A DNA stretch of 64,000 nt, from the IMG/VR virus record IMGVR_UViG_3300044811_000050; one strand, written 5' to 3'. The notes under the pieces are model-generated. The model did no database searches. It was not told where the DNA came from and saw nothing but the letters and a program-made list of their open reading frames with translations. Origin of the DNA: a virus. Both the position numbers and the translations under genes were made by a program. Shown here one piece after another: positions 26,522-35,922 of this stretch (the stretch's first letter is position 1; each line of letters begins with the position of its first letter).

Positions 26522-27175
26522 ATGACCGCTAGCAAGACTTCTCGCTTGGCTTTGATGAGTCCGGTCGGTTCGGACGCTTTTGCGACGGCGGATTTCGCCA
26601 CCACATTCGGCATTCTTGACACAAACCCCGGGATTCTTCCGGTACCGAATGCGGCGAGCCGGCCCGTCAACTACACCGCCGCGCAGCACGGGTCGCTGGT
26701 CTACCAGACCGATCTGAACATCGTCTGGAGCTGGAACCAGCCCACCTCGGGCTCGGCCGGGTCCTGGCGGCGGGTCGGCTGCGCCGGGTTGCTCGGTCAG
26801 TCCGCCGCGTCCGGCCTGGTGACCACCACCACGACGAACTACTCGACCGGCGCCCAGGTGGCCGCGTTGACCGTGACCGTGCCCGGCGGCCGGCCGATCG
26901 CGGTCAACATCGACTGGGACGTGCTGGGCAACTACTACGTCAAGGCGGTGGCCTCCTACTGGGAGAACAACGTCCTGATCTCCTCCCGGACGTTCCTCGG
27001 CTACCAGCCGCCCAACGCCTCCGGTGGTCAATGGACCTTCGCTCGGGATGTCGCGCCTAACTCGGCGCTCACCCTGAACGCCAAGGTCACCGTGGCGGCC
27101 TTCAACGCCGCCCCCTCCAATGGTGGCGGCCAGACCAGCGCCCAGGGTGTGAGCCTCACTATCTGGGAGATCTGA
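26522..27175 (+). CDS. Structural protein (fibre/collar-like)
   Basis: Beta-rich composition; TGATG-coupled to next gene. Confidence 0.7.
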   Translation: MTASKTSRLALMSPVGSDAFATADFATTFGILDTNPGILPVPNAASRPVNYTAAQHGSLVYQTDLNIVWSWNQPTSGSAGSWRRVGCAGLLGQSAASGLVTTTTTNYSTGAQVAALTVTVPGGRPIAVNIDWDVLGNYYVKAVASYWENNVLISSRTFLGYQPPNASGGQWTFARDVAPNSALTLNAKVTVAAFNAAPSNGGGQTSAQGVSLTIWEI

Positions 27176-28038
27176 TGCTGACCGGGGAGCGGCAGTACGT
27201 CAGCCAGTACGCGGCCGACGTGCTCGGATTGATCATTATGGTCGGTGGCGTCCCCGCCGACCCGGACGACAACGCCGTGACCACCTCGCTGATCAATATC
27301 GACACCCAGGCGGTGGTCTTCACCCGGGCCGCCACCCGGGCCGCCGAGGGCGACTACCGGGTCACCCTGGACGCCGCCGAGTCCGCCCAGCCGGGCGACT
27401 ACCAGGTGCGCTGGGACTACCTGTTGGACGGGGTGTCCAACGCGCATGACACCTTCGTGCAGATCGGCGTGGCCAGCCAGGCCTACGACACGCTGGCCCC
27501 GGGCATGAAGGAAGTGGTCGACCAGGTCTGGATGCGCTTCGCCGACCTGTTCGACTCGCCGATGGGCGGCCCGCACCTCCAGAGCTACTTCCAGTCCGCG
27601 TTCGGCCGGGGCCGGGTGGCCCAGCTGCTGCGGGTGGCGGTGGGCCGGCTGAACACGATCGCCCAGCCGTTTCAGACCTACACCGTGGACGGCGACGGCG
27701 GCGCGAGCTTCCCGATCACCAGCTGGGGCCCGCTGCTGGAGCAGGCCCTGTACGTCGAAGTGATCAAACACCTGCGCCGGTCCTACGTCGAGCAGCCTGA
27801 GTTCCAGGGCTCGGCGGTGGCCCGGCTGGACCGACGCGACTACCTGGAGCGCTGGGGTGAGATCCTGGAGCAGGAAGAGGAGGACCTGAAGAGCCGGCTG
27901 AGCGTGTTCAAGCTGGCGAACATGGGCCTCGGCCGGCCCTCGGTGCTGGTTTCCGGCGGCGTGTACGGCCGGTACGCGCCCACCCGCTACGCAGGAAGCG
28001 CCGCAGCACGCGGACGTTTCTGGTCCCGGATGTACTAA
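27175..28038 (+). CDS. Head-to-tail adaptor
   Basis: Ig-like N-terminus and helical C-terminal domain (LDRRDYLERW); synteny. Confidence 0.65.
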   Translation: MLTGERQYVSQYAADVLGLIIMVGGVPADPDDNAVTTSLINIDTQAVVFTRAATRAAEGDYRVTLDAAESAQPGDYQVRWDYLLDGVSNAHDTFVQIGVASQAYDTLAPGMKEVVDQVWMRFADLFDSPMGGPHLQSYFQSAFGRGRVAQLLRVAVGRLNTIAQPFQTYTVDGDGGASFPITSWGPLLEQALYVEVIKHLRRSYVEQPEFQGSAVARLDRRDYLERWGEILEQEEEDLKSRLSVFKLANMGLGRPSVLVSGGVYGRYAPTRYAGSAAARGRFWSRMY

Positions 28039-28751
28039 TGCCGCCGCCGAGCCAAGCCCTCACCACCACCCGGCTGCTTTTTCCGGAAGACCGCATGACG
28101 TTCGTCTTCGGCGAGCCGGGCAGCCCGATTCTCACCCCTCCTCGGTCCGGGTTGAAGATCTTCACCGATGAGGCGGGAACCACCCCGGCCAACATTCATG
28201 ACCTCAACGGGGTCACCGTCCCGTATTCCACGCTCTACACCGACGCGGACAGCCTGATTCCGGAGTTTTACGGGCCCGCCGGTTTCGTCACCACCCTTTA
28301 CGCCCGGGTGGTCGGCAACATGTCCCGCAGCTACAAGCTGGTCGCGCAATACATTGACCAGCTGGTGAATATGCCCACGCTGGCTTTCGGGAACGGTCCG
28401 CCCTCGTCAAGTACTGGCGGCATCGGCAGCTTTTATCTCGACCGGGGCCTTTCGAATGACCCGAATGTGCCCGACACTCCGGTCATTTACGGTCCGCGCA
28501 CCCTGTCTGGCTGGCCTTCTACCGGTATTCCTTTGCGGGGCCCACAGGGCATTCCGGGGTCCAACTTCATCTGGACCCAGGACGCCCCGTCGGACACCTG
28601 GACGATGGATCATCCGCTGACTTACCACCCGTCGGTGACATTGATTGATTCAAACAATGAGGAGTTCCACGGGGACCTGTCCTATCCGTATGTGGGTCGG
28701 GTGATCGCGCGGCTGGGCGCGCCCGAGACCGGACGAGGAGTCATGACGTGA
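28038..28751 (+). CDS. Fibre-associated structural protein
   Basis: IYGPRT..GWP, GPQG and W...H.L...PSVT motifs. Confidence 0.7.
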   Translation: MPPPSQALTTTRLLFPEDRMTFVFGEPGSPILTPPRSGLKIFTDEAGTTPANIHDLNGVTVPYSTLYTDADSLIPEFYGPAGFVTTLYARVVGNMSRSYKLVAQYIDQLVNMPTLAFGNGPPSSSTGGIGSFYLDRGLSNDPNVPDTPVIYGPRTLSGWPSTGIPLRGPQGIPGSNFIWTQDAPSDTWTMDHPLTYHPSVTLIDSNNEEFHGDLSYPYVGRVIARLGAPETGRGVMT

Positions 28752-28761
28752 GGACCCCGCG

Positions 28762-30270
28762 ATGCTGATCAAGAACAACGTCCGGTTCCAGGGCTACCAG
28801 GCCCAGCAGATGAAGCTGCACGTGCTGGGCGGGGACCCGAGCCTGACCGGCACCGACGGTGGCCGGGTCTGGTGGGACTCCTCCACCGGCCGGTTCCGGG
28901 GCTGGGACGGCTCGGCGATGACCACGCTGACCAACCTGGTCGAGTCGGTCAGCGGTGACGGCACGATCGGCGCCTCGCTCGCCAATAAGATCGTTTCGTT
29001 GTCCATCCCGGCGGCCACCGGTTCCGCCCGAGGCACCATGTCCTCGGCGGACAAGACCAAGCTGGACGCGGCCACCAACGCGTCGACCCCCAACACGCTG
29101 GCGTTGCGGGACGGCAACGGGGACTTCGCCGCCGCCAACATCACCGCGCACCTGGTGGGCACCGCCGACAACGCCACCGCGCTGGGCGGGCAGACCCTGG
29201 CCCAGGTCCGCGATTTCGCCCAGACCACCGGGCAACGCGGCTCGCGCTCGGCGCTCAACGACATCGACACGGTCATCCAGGGCACCCGCCTGGACCAGAT
29301 GACCCCGCCGACCGCCAACGTCTCGTTCAACAGCCAGCGGCTGGTCAGCCTGGCCGACCCGGTCAACCCGACGGACGGCGCGAACAAGCAGTACGTCGAC
29401 TCGGTGGCCTCCGGCCTGGACGTCAAGGCCTCGGTCCGGTTCGCCACCACCGGCGGGCTGACCGCCACCTACGCCAACGGCACCGCCGGGGTCGGCGCGA
29501 CCCTCACCGCGACCTCCAACGGCGCCTGGCCGGTCACCGATGGCGTCACCGCCGTGCTCAACGACCGGGTGCTACTCAAGAACCAGAGCACCCAGAACCG
29601 CAACGGCATCTACCGGATCAGCGACCTCGGATCCGGTTCGACCCCCTGGATCCTCACCCGGGCCATCGACGCCGATCAGGCCGCCGAGGTCACCCCTGGC
29701 ATGTTCGTCTTCGTCGAGGAAGGCACCACCCTCGGCAGGACCGGCTGGGTGCTCAGCTCGACCGGTGCTACCACCATCGGTACCACCTCGCTGCCCTTCA
29801 CCCAGTTCTCCGGCGCGGGCACTTACCTCAACGGCAACGGCCTGAGCCTGACCGGCACCACGTTCGCGGTGGTCGGCACCACCAACCGGATCGCGGTCGG
29901 GGCCGGCGGGGTGGACATCGACGCCGCCTACGTGGGCCAGACCTCGATCACCACGCTGGGCACCATCGGCGCCGGCACCTGGCAGGGCACGGCGGTCGCG
30001 GTGCTCTACGGCGGCACAGGGGCGACCACCCCGGCCGCCGCGCGGACCAACCTGGGCGCCACTACCAAGCAGTCCGCCGACATCCCGGCCGGCACCAGCT
30101 ACACCTTCAACCACGGTCTGGGCACCCGGGACGTGATCGCGGCGGTGCAGGACACCGCCACCCACGAGTACGTCTACGTCGATGTGGTGGCCACCGACGC
30201 CAACAACGTCACCGTGACCTTCGGCGAGACGGTGGCCTCGGCCGCCTATCGCGTGATCGTCATCGGCTGA
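28762..30270 (+). CDS. Virion fibre protein
   Basis: DGANKQYVD..ASGLDVKASVR, RVLLKNQS...NGIY, GGTGATT.AAARTNLGA fibre motifs. Confidence 0.82.
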   Translation: MLIKNNVRFQGYQAQQMKLHVLGGDPSLTGTDGGRVWWDSSTGRFRGWDGSAMTTLTNLVESVSGDGTIGASLANKIVSLSIPAATGSARGTMSSADKTKLDAATNASTPNTLALRDGNGDFAAANITAHLVGTADNATALGGQTLAQVRDFAQTTGQRGSRSALNDIDTVIQGTRLDQMTPPTANVSFNSQRLVSLADPVNPTDGANKQYVDSVASGLDVKASVRFATTGGLTATYANGTAGVGATLTATSNGAWPVTDGVTAVLNDRVLLKNQSTQNRNGIYRISDLGSGSTPWILTRAIDADQAAEVTPGMFVFVEEGTTLGRTGWVLSSTGATTIGTTSLPFTQFSGAGTYLNGNGLSLTGTTFAVVGTTNRIAVGAGGVDIDAAYVGQTSITTLGTIGAGTWQGTAVAVLYGGTGATTPAAARTNLGATTKQSADIPAGTSYTFNHGLGTRDVIAAVQDTATHEYVYVDVVATDANNVTVTFGETVASAAYRVIVIG

Positions 30271-30287
30271 CCTACCAGGGAGAACGA

Positions 30288-30638
30288 ATGAGCCAGCCGC
30301 AGATCCCGGCACAGCCGGAGCCGCACTTCGCCGTCGCCGCGCTGCAAGAGGAGAACCACCGGCAGCGGCAGCTGGCGGCGGACGCCGACGACCGGGCCGT
30401 CTACCTGCGCGCGATGCTGCTTCAGACCGAGGCACAGGCCGCACACACCCAGAGCCTGCACCTGGGCGAGATCGAGACCCTGAAGGCCGAGGTCGAACAG
30501 CTGCGCCGCAAGCTGTTCCAGGACGGCGATACCGAGGCCCAGGACAACGCTGAGGACCCGGAGCTGCTGACCCTGAACATGGACACCCCCGAATCCCTGG
30601 CGCCCGCTCAGGGCCGGAATGGCACCAGGGAGGACTGA
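30288..30638 (+). CDS. Coiled-coil protein (possible fibre chaperone)
   Basis: Heptad-rich, 116 aa. Confidence 0.7.
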   Translation: MSQPQIPAQPEPHFAVAALQEENHRQRQLAADADDRAVYLRAMLLQTEAQAAHTQSLHLGEIETLKAEVEQLRRKLFQDGDTEAQDNAEDPELLTLNMDTPESLAPAQGRNGTRED

Positions 30639-30641
30639 CCC

Positions 30642-31367
30642 ATGCCGATCCCCATCCCGGCTGGTTCCGGTGGGGCGGGGATCCAGCCTCGTGTCCCGCA
30701 CTACTACCTGCGCCACCGGCAGGACTGGGCCATCGAGCAGGAGCGGCTGCGGCACAACGAGGCGCTCTACCACCTCGGTGAATGGATCTTCCTGATCCTG
30801 ATGTGGACCCAGCTGGACCACGACCGAGGGCTGGTCGCGCGGTGCACCCGGTGCTGGGGCACCGGCGGGCACAAGGCCCGGGTCGCCGAGGCCTACAAGC
30901 AGCCCACCCAGAACGAGTGCCCGACCTGCTTCGGCACCACCTTCGAGGGTGGCTTCCGGGCCCGGATCATCCGGCCGGCGATGATCACCGACGTGGAGGA
31001 GACCGAGCGGCAGGACCGGCGTGGCTCGGCGCACCCGGCCGGCGTGACGGTGCAGACCACGGTGGACTTCCGCACCCGGCCCGGCGACTTCATGATCCGG
31101 GCGGACGGCTCGCGCTGGCGGCTGACCGACGCCCAACGGCTTCAGGTGCACCAGGGCTACGAGCACACCAACCAGGTCGAGCTGGGCACCTCCTACACGC
31201 TGCGCGCGGGGGTGGAGGAGATCGGCTCGGTGGCCTACTTGCTGCCGCCGGCCACCGCGACGGCGAAGACGTTGCTGTCGCGTCCCATGCAGCTGCCCAG
31301 CGACTTCAGCTTCACCCCCTACGAGCAGATCGTCGGGCCGCTTGTGCCAGAGAGCCTGATCGACTGA
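30642..31367 (+). CDS. Neck/head-closure protein
   Basis: CTRC...CPTCFGT.F.GG motif; synteny. Confidence 0.65.
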   Translation: MPIPIPAGSGGAGIQPRVPHYYLRHRQDWAIEQERLRHNEALYHLGEWIFLILMWTQLDHDRGLVARCTRCWGTGGHKARVAEAYKQPTQNECPTCFGTTFEGGFRARIIRPAMITDVEETERQDRRGSAHPAGVTVQTTVDFRTRPGDFMIRADGSRWRLTDAQRLQVHQGYEHTNQVELGTSYTLRAGVEEIGSVAYLLPPATATAKTLLSRPMQLPSDFSFTPYEQIVGPLVPESLID

Positions 31368-32065
31368 TGCTGACCGCGCCCGAAGTCAAGATCGCGGCCG
31401 GCACCCCGGACCGCATGATCATGCTGTTCCGTGACCTGTCCGAGGAGGACGCGGTCCACCTGTCCGAGGACGCCATGTGGCGGGCCCGCCAGCGGATGCC
31501 CCGGGTGACCGGGCTGACCGCCAGCCGGGTGCTGCCGATCTCCGGGCGGCGTTGGTTCGGGCTGTACTTCGACGCGACGGCGTGGCGACTGGAGCGCGGC
31601 ACCGGGCCGCACACCATGCGTTCCCTGGCCGGCAAGACCGTCCCCATGTGGATAACCGATGTGGACGGCTCGGAGCGCCGCAACAACCCGAAGGCCAAGG
31701 TGCGCCGCACCGAGGACGGCCGGGTCCAAGTGCTGATCTTCCGGAAGGCCGCCAAGATGGGGGCCCGGCGCACCGTGAAAAGCCGCTGGGGGACGACGTA
31801 TCAGGCCCCGGCGTCCTACCCGGGCGCGCCGGGCCGGATCAACCGGCGCACCCCCGGCATGCCGTGGACCCCGATCGGGCTCAAGGGCGGGGCCATCGCG
31901 GCCGGCAACGTCGGGGTGCGCTGGCGGCACCCGGGCATCCGGGGCATGCAGTTCCTCAACTCCGCGCTGGCCGAGGCCGCGTTCGACGCCGGGCTAATCA
32001 TCGAACCGGTCTACACGGTCGACGAGGACAGCTGGCGGATGGTGCTGAGCCGGAAGGTGGCCTGA
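31367..32065 (+). CDS. Basic neck/tail-completion protein
   Basis: ATG overlaps upstream TGA; LERGTGPH...WRHPG motifs. Confidence 0.65.
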   Translation: MLTAPEVKIAAGTPDRMIMLFRDLSEEDAVHLSEDAMWRARQRMPRVTGLTASRVLPISGRRWFGLYFDATAWRLERGTGPHTMRSLAGKTVPMWITDVDGSERRNNPKAKVRRTEDGRVQVLIFRKAAKMGARRTVKSRWGTTYQAPASYPGAPGRINRRTPGMPWTPIGLKGGAIAAGNVGVRWRHPGIRGMQFLNSALAEAAFDAGLIIEPVYTVDEDSWRMVLSRKVA

Positions 32066-32068
32066 GCC

Positions 32069-32755
32069 ATGTACCTAGAGGTCCTGATGACCGCCGCCCT
32101 GGAGGCGATGCAGGCCACCTTCGACGAGGACTACCCGGAGCCCGACTTCCGAGGCATCAAGATCAGCCTGGAGTACCCCGTCGACCGGACCGACTACCCG
32201 GGCATCTGGATCAACTTCGACGACACCGACGAGCTGACCATCGCCGGCATCGGGCACACCGAGTTCGTCACGGTCGACGGAAGCCCCTCCCCGGTCACCC
32301 GATGGCGCTTCGCCGGCACCCTGACCTTCACCGTGGCCACGCTGTCCTCGCTGGAGCGGGCCCGGCTCTACGACGAGCTGGTCAAGGTGATCGCCTTCGC
32401 CCGGGTGAAGGAGTCGGTCTCGGAGTTCCGCAACAAGATCGAGAACAACGACCTGCTGGCGATGAACGCCAACTTCGACCTGATGCGCCCCTCCGGCGAC
32501 AACGCCGCGCCGGGCACCCCGTGGGGCACCGACGAGTTCATCTACGAGAAGTCGATCTCTATCGACCTGATCGGGGAGTTCGTCTCCGACCCGGAGATGA
32601 CCCTGGTCTCGCTGGGGGAGATCATCGTGAAGGGCTACCCCGAGAGCACCCCGGAGCCCCCGTTCACCAGCCCGCCCGCCGAAGAGTTGGACCCGGGGCT
32701 ACCCGATTCGGTCCCCTCCGGCTTCGAGGCGCACACGCCTCGGGACTGGCATTAG
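32069..32755 (+). CDS. Tail terminator/sheath stabiliser
   Basis: Acidic, EYP...YPGI motif; immediately upstream of sheath. Confidence 0.65.
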   Translation: MYLEVLMTAALEAMQATFDEDYPEPDFRGIKISLEYPVDRTDYPGIWINFDDTDELTIAGIGHTEFVTVDGSPSPVTRWRFAGTLTFTVATLSSLERARLYDELVKVIAFARVKESVSEFRNKIENNDLLAMNANFDLMRPSGDNAAPGTPWGTDEFIYEKSISIDLIGEFVSDPEMTLVSLGEIIVKGYPESTPEPPFTSPPAEELDPGLPDSVPSGFEAHTPRDWH

Positions 32756-32758
32756 GGG

Positions 32759-32800
32759 TCCTGTCCCTCATCCGGCCAGACCGGAACAAGAGGTGAAGGG
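32759..32800 (+). promoter_or_regulatory. Bipartite motif copy 7 (TCCTGTC-N22-AAGAGGTGAAGGG)
   Basis: Upstream of the tail sheath gene. Confidence 0.8.
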
Positions 32801-32831
32801 GTCAGGTGGACGCATGAAGGTGGGTTGGTAA

Positions 32832-34367
32832 ATGCCGGACTTCACTCGTTATGTGCCGCCTGGCGTTTACGTCGATTCAGGTTCTGTTCCGACGATCGCC
32901 CCTGTCGGCGTTGATCCGACCATTGTGGCCCTTATCGGTGCGGGCGTTGGTTATCACACCTACACCGAGACCGTCTCTTTCGCCACGGCATCTTCGACGG
33001 TTCTGACCCAGAAAGGCATCAACCCTTCTTCCATCGTGGTTTCCGGGGTCATCACCGACCCGGCGGCGCCCGGTCAGACGGTGCCCTACACGTTCGCCCC
33101 GGACGTGCCCGGCACCCCGGCCGACTACTCGACCACGGTGGACAGCTCGACCGGGTTGGACAGCTCGGCGGTCACCCTGATCCGCACCACCACCGGGAAG
33201 ATCGAGATTGCGCACCCGGAAGTCACGGTCACCTACCAGTACACCGACGCGGACTACCACGCGCTGCACGCCTTCGACGACTATGACGCGCTCACCGATG
33301 TCTACGGCCAGGCCCTGAACCCCACCACCGGGGTGATCCAGAGCCCGCTCGCGTTGGGCGCCCAGATCGCCATGCAGAACGGCGCCAACCAGATCTACAC
33401 GGTGGCGCTGTCCGGGGTCGGCTCGCTGAGCCAGCAGTTCCTGGACGCCTACGGGCTGCTGGCCAACAACTACCAGGCCAACGTGGTGGTGCCGCTGATG
33501 GGCGGGCTGAGCACCGCCGCCGCCTACGCCGGCATGCTCCAGAGCTTCAAGGGGCTGCTGGAGGCCGACGCGCGCAGCGGGTTCCTGCGGATGGCCATCA
33601 TCGGCTCGGACAAGGCCTACGACCCGACCACCTCGGAGCTGGCCCAGGTCGCCGCGCAGACCAGCTCCAGCCGCATCGTCATCCCCTGGCCGAACCGGCT
33701 GAACGTCTACAACGGCGTGATCAACCAGACCATCGAGGTCGACGGCTACTACCTGGCGGCGGCCTACGCCGGCATGCTCGCGGCCCGGACCCACCAGATG
33801 CCGCTGACCCGCAAGTACCCGAACAGCTTCATCGGGCTGCCCGCCACGGTGCAGCAGAGCCTGACCAAGCTGGCCAAGAACCAGCTGTCCAGCTCCGGGG
33901 TGTGCGTCACCGAGCAGGACCGCAACGGCCGGCTGGTCATCCGACACGGGCTGACCACCGACTACTCCGGCGGCATCCTCAACCGGGAGATCAGCCTGGT
34001 GCGGGCGCAGGACGCGCTCTACTACCTGATCCAGGAGACGCTCGACTCGGCCGGCCTGATCGGCATCCCGATCCAGGCCGACACCGGCCTGCGGGTGAAG
34101 TCGGTCGTGTCCGGCGGCCTGGAGCAGGCCATCACCGCCGGCCTGATCGTCGGCTACAACAACCTGAAGGTGCGCCAGCAGAGCCCGCCGTCGGGTGACC
34201 CGACGGTGATCGAGGTCAAGTTCGCCTACAAGCCGAGCTGGCCGCTCAACTACATCCTGGTCAGCTTCACCGTCGACACCTCCACCGGTGAGTCGACGCT
34301 GACCACGCAGAGCCCCAACGCGATCTCGGACTCGTCGACCAACGCCAGCGCGGCTTCCGGCGGCTGA
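32832..34367 (+). CDS. Tail sheath protein
   Basis: Y.PPGVYV N-terminus; IRHGLTT, REISLVR and P.WPLNYI.V.F motifs. Confidence 0.92.
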   Translation: MPDFTRYVPPGVYVDSGSVPTIAPVGVDPTIVALIGAGVGYHTYTETVSFATASSTVLTQKGINPSSIVVSGVITDPAAPGQTVPYTFAPDVPGTPADYSTTVDSSTGLDSSAVTLIRTTTGKIEIAHPEVTVTYQYTDADYHALHAFDDYDALTDVYGQALNPTTGVIQSPLALGAQIAMQNGANQIYTVALSGVGSLSQQFLDAYGLLANNYQANVVVPLMGGLSTAAAYAGMLQSFKGLLEADARSGFLRMAIIGSDKAYDPTTSELAQVAAQTSSSRIVIPWPNRLNVYNGVINQTIEVDGYYLAAAYAGMLAARTHQMPLTRKYPNSFIGLPATVQQSLTKLAKNQLSSSGVCVTEQDRNGRLVIRHGLTTDYSGGILNREISLVRAQDALYYLIQETLDSAGLIGIPIQADTGLRVKSVVSGGLEQAITAGLIVGYNNLKVRQQSPPSGDPTVIEVKFAYKPSWPLNYILVSFTVDTSTGESTLTTQSPNAISDSSTNASAASGG

Positions 34368-34382
34368 TAGGAGCTATGAACG

Positions 34383-34871
34383 ATGCCTAACACCCAGGTG
34401 AGGGTCGTCGGCTCCGGCTTTACGACCTTCAGCTACCAGGGTCACCCGATCGCGTTCCTGGAGGGCGTGGAGGACTCCGGTCAGCGCGCGTTCTCCGACG
34501 CCGGCCAGGGTTACCAGTTCATCCACCCGCTGGGCTACACCCACCCCATCGAGATCGCCACCAGCCGCGTACTGGCCGGCGGCACGCTGAACCTGACCAT
34601 CCGCGAGCTGTGGAACACCTGGGTGTGGGAGCAGCTCCAGGGTCTGGCCGGAACCTCCAACATCGTGGATGTGTTCCGGGTACTGGCCGCTAACCCGGCT
34701 TACGTGACCTGCCAAACGATCATCCAGCCGCCGGGGTCCTCCCGGCCGCGCGGGAAGACCTACCACAACTGCGTCGTCGTGGACATCGCGGACAACGACA
34801 CGATCACCGTGGGCGCGCTCGCGGTGACCAAGGGCATCGTCGTCGCATACACCCACAGCTCGGCCCTGTGA
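34383..34871 (+). CDS. Tail tube protein
   Basis: 162 aa directly after sheath; YHNC motif. Confidence 0.8.
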   Translation: MPNTQVRVVGSGFTTFSYQGHPIAFLEGVEDSGQRAFSDAGQGYQFIHPLGYTHPIEIATSRVLAGGTLNLTIRELWNTWVWEQLQGLAGTSNIVDVFRVLAANPAYVTCQTIIQPPGSSRPRGKTYHNCVVVDIADNDTITVGALAVTKGIVVAYTHSSAL

Positions 34872-34908
34872 GTTGATCACCTGTTGTGGGTGTTGAGAGG
34901 AGCCGCCG

Positions 34909-35481
34909 TTGACCAACCCCGATGAAGCGCTGATCGAGCCATCACTCCAAGCTGCTTCAGCCGCCGCCGCCACTACCGGCCCTCCCCCGTCGAGCGAGAC
35001 TCCGGGGCACCTCCAGGAGCCACCAGAGCGGACCGGATCTGAACAAGAGCAGCCCGACAAAGAAGACCCGTTGCCGCCGACTGAGTTCGACGAACGGTGC
35101 AAGGAACCCTTCACGGGACTGATCTACCTGGGCGCGCTGGACGACGAGTTCAGCATCTGGGGCCACCGATTCCGAATCGCCACTCCCAGCCAGGCCGAGA
35201 AGATCCAGATGGGCCTCCTGCACGCGCCGTACGCCGGCACCATGGCCTCCGAGGTCGCGTACCAAACACTCATGGTGGCCGCGTTCCTGGTCTCCGTCGA
35301 TGATCACGAGCTACCCAAGCCCGTGCTCAACGACGCGAAGGAGAACCGGGTCCGAGACCGTTACGAGTGGGTCGCCGAGAACTTGCGCCAGCCCGTCATC
35401 GACGAGGTGTTCTCCCGGTGCATGGTCTTGGAAGGGCAGGTGCGCGACGTATTGCAGGCCATGGGGGAAGCACGGGGCTAG
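34909..35481 (+). CDS. Tail assembly chaperone (G-equivalent)
   Basis: Between tube and tape measure; ends just after a slippery site. Confidence 0.8.
   Translation: MTNPDEALIEPSLQAASAAAATTGPPPSSETPGHLQEPPERTGSEQEQPDKEDPLPPTEFDERCKEPFTGLIYLGALDDEFSIWGHRFRIATPSQAEKIQMGLLHAPYAGTMASEVAYQTLMVAAFLVSVDDHELPKPVLNDAKENRVRDRYEWVAENLRQPVIDEVFSRCMVLEGQVRDVLQAMGEARG
35463..35469 (+). other. -1 programmed ribosomal frameshift site G GGG GAA
   Basis: In-frame heptamer; -1 frame open to 35918. Confidence 0.85.
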
Positions 35482-35918
35482 TCGCGGTAGATACCTACCT
35501 GCGGACTCATCTGCGACTAGCCGAGCGCCAAGGTCTTCTGCAAGGAAAGCACATCTCGCCGGTGCAATCTGCGGCTTTAATCCTGCTCAATCATCTCGAT
35601 GAGCTGGAAAAGGCAAAAGATCGCAGCGTCGCATTCCGGCGGGCATTGCTGTCTCGGGTCGAGACGGACATTCAGAAACTCTTCCCCGAGTACTTCCCGG
35701 AACCCGAACCGAAGGAGGAACCAACAGAGACCGGAGGCGTCGTCCCAGACGACTACAAGGACGTCGAATGGATGTCGCCGAAGGACGCCAACGCGGAATG
35801 GGAGCGCATGTCGAAGCTCCTCGCGGCCGGCGGACGTGGCGTTTTGAACGGCGAAGAAGTGGTCGGTACCGCGCAGGAACGGCCGCTGGACGACATCGAG
35901 TGGACCGAGTGGAGGTGA
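35463..35918 (+). CDS. Tail assembly chaperone frameshift extension (GT-equivalent)
   Basis: -1 frame ORF without its own start. Confidence 0.8.
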   Translation, partial: GGSTGLVAVDTYLRTHLRLAERQGLLQGKHISPVQSAALILLNHLDELEKAKDRSVAFRRALLSRVETDIQKLFPEYFPEPEPKEEPTETGGVVPDDYKDVEWMSPKDANAEWERMSKLLAAGGRGVLNGEEVVGTAQERPLDDIEWTEWR

Positions 35919-35922
35919 CCAG

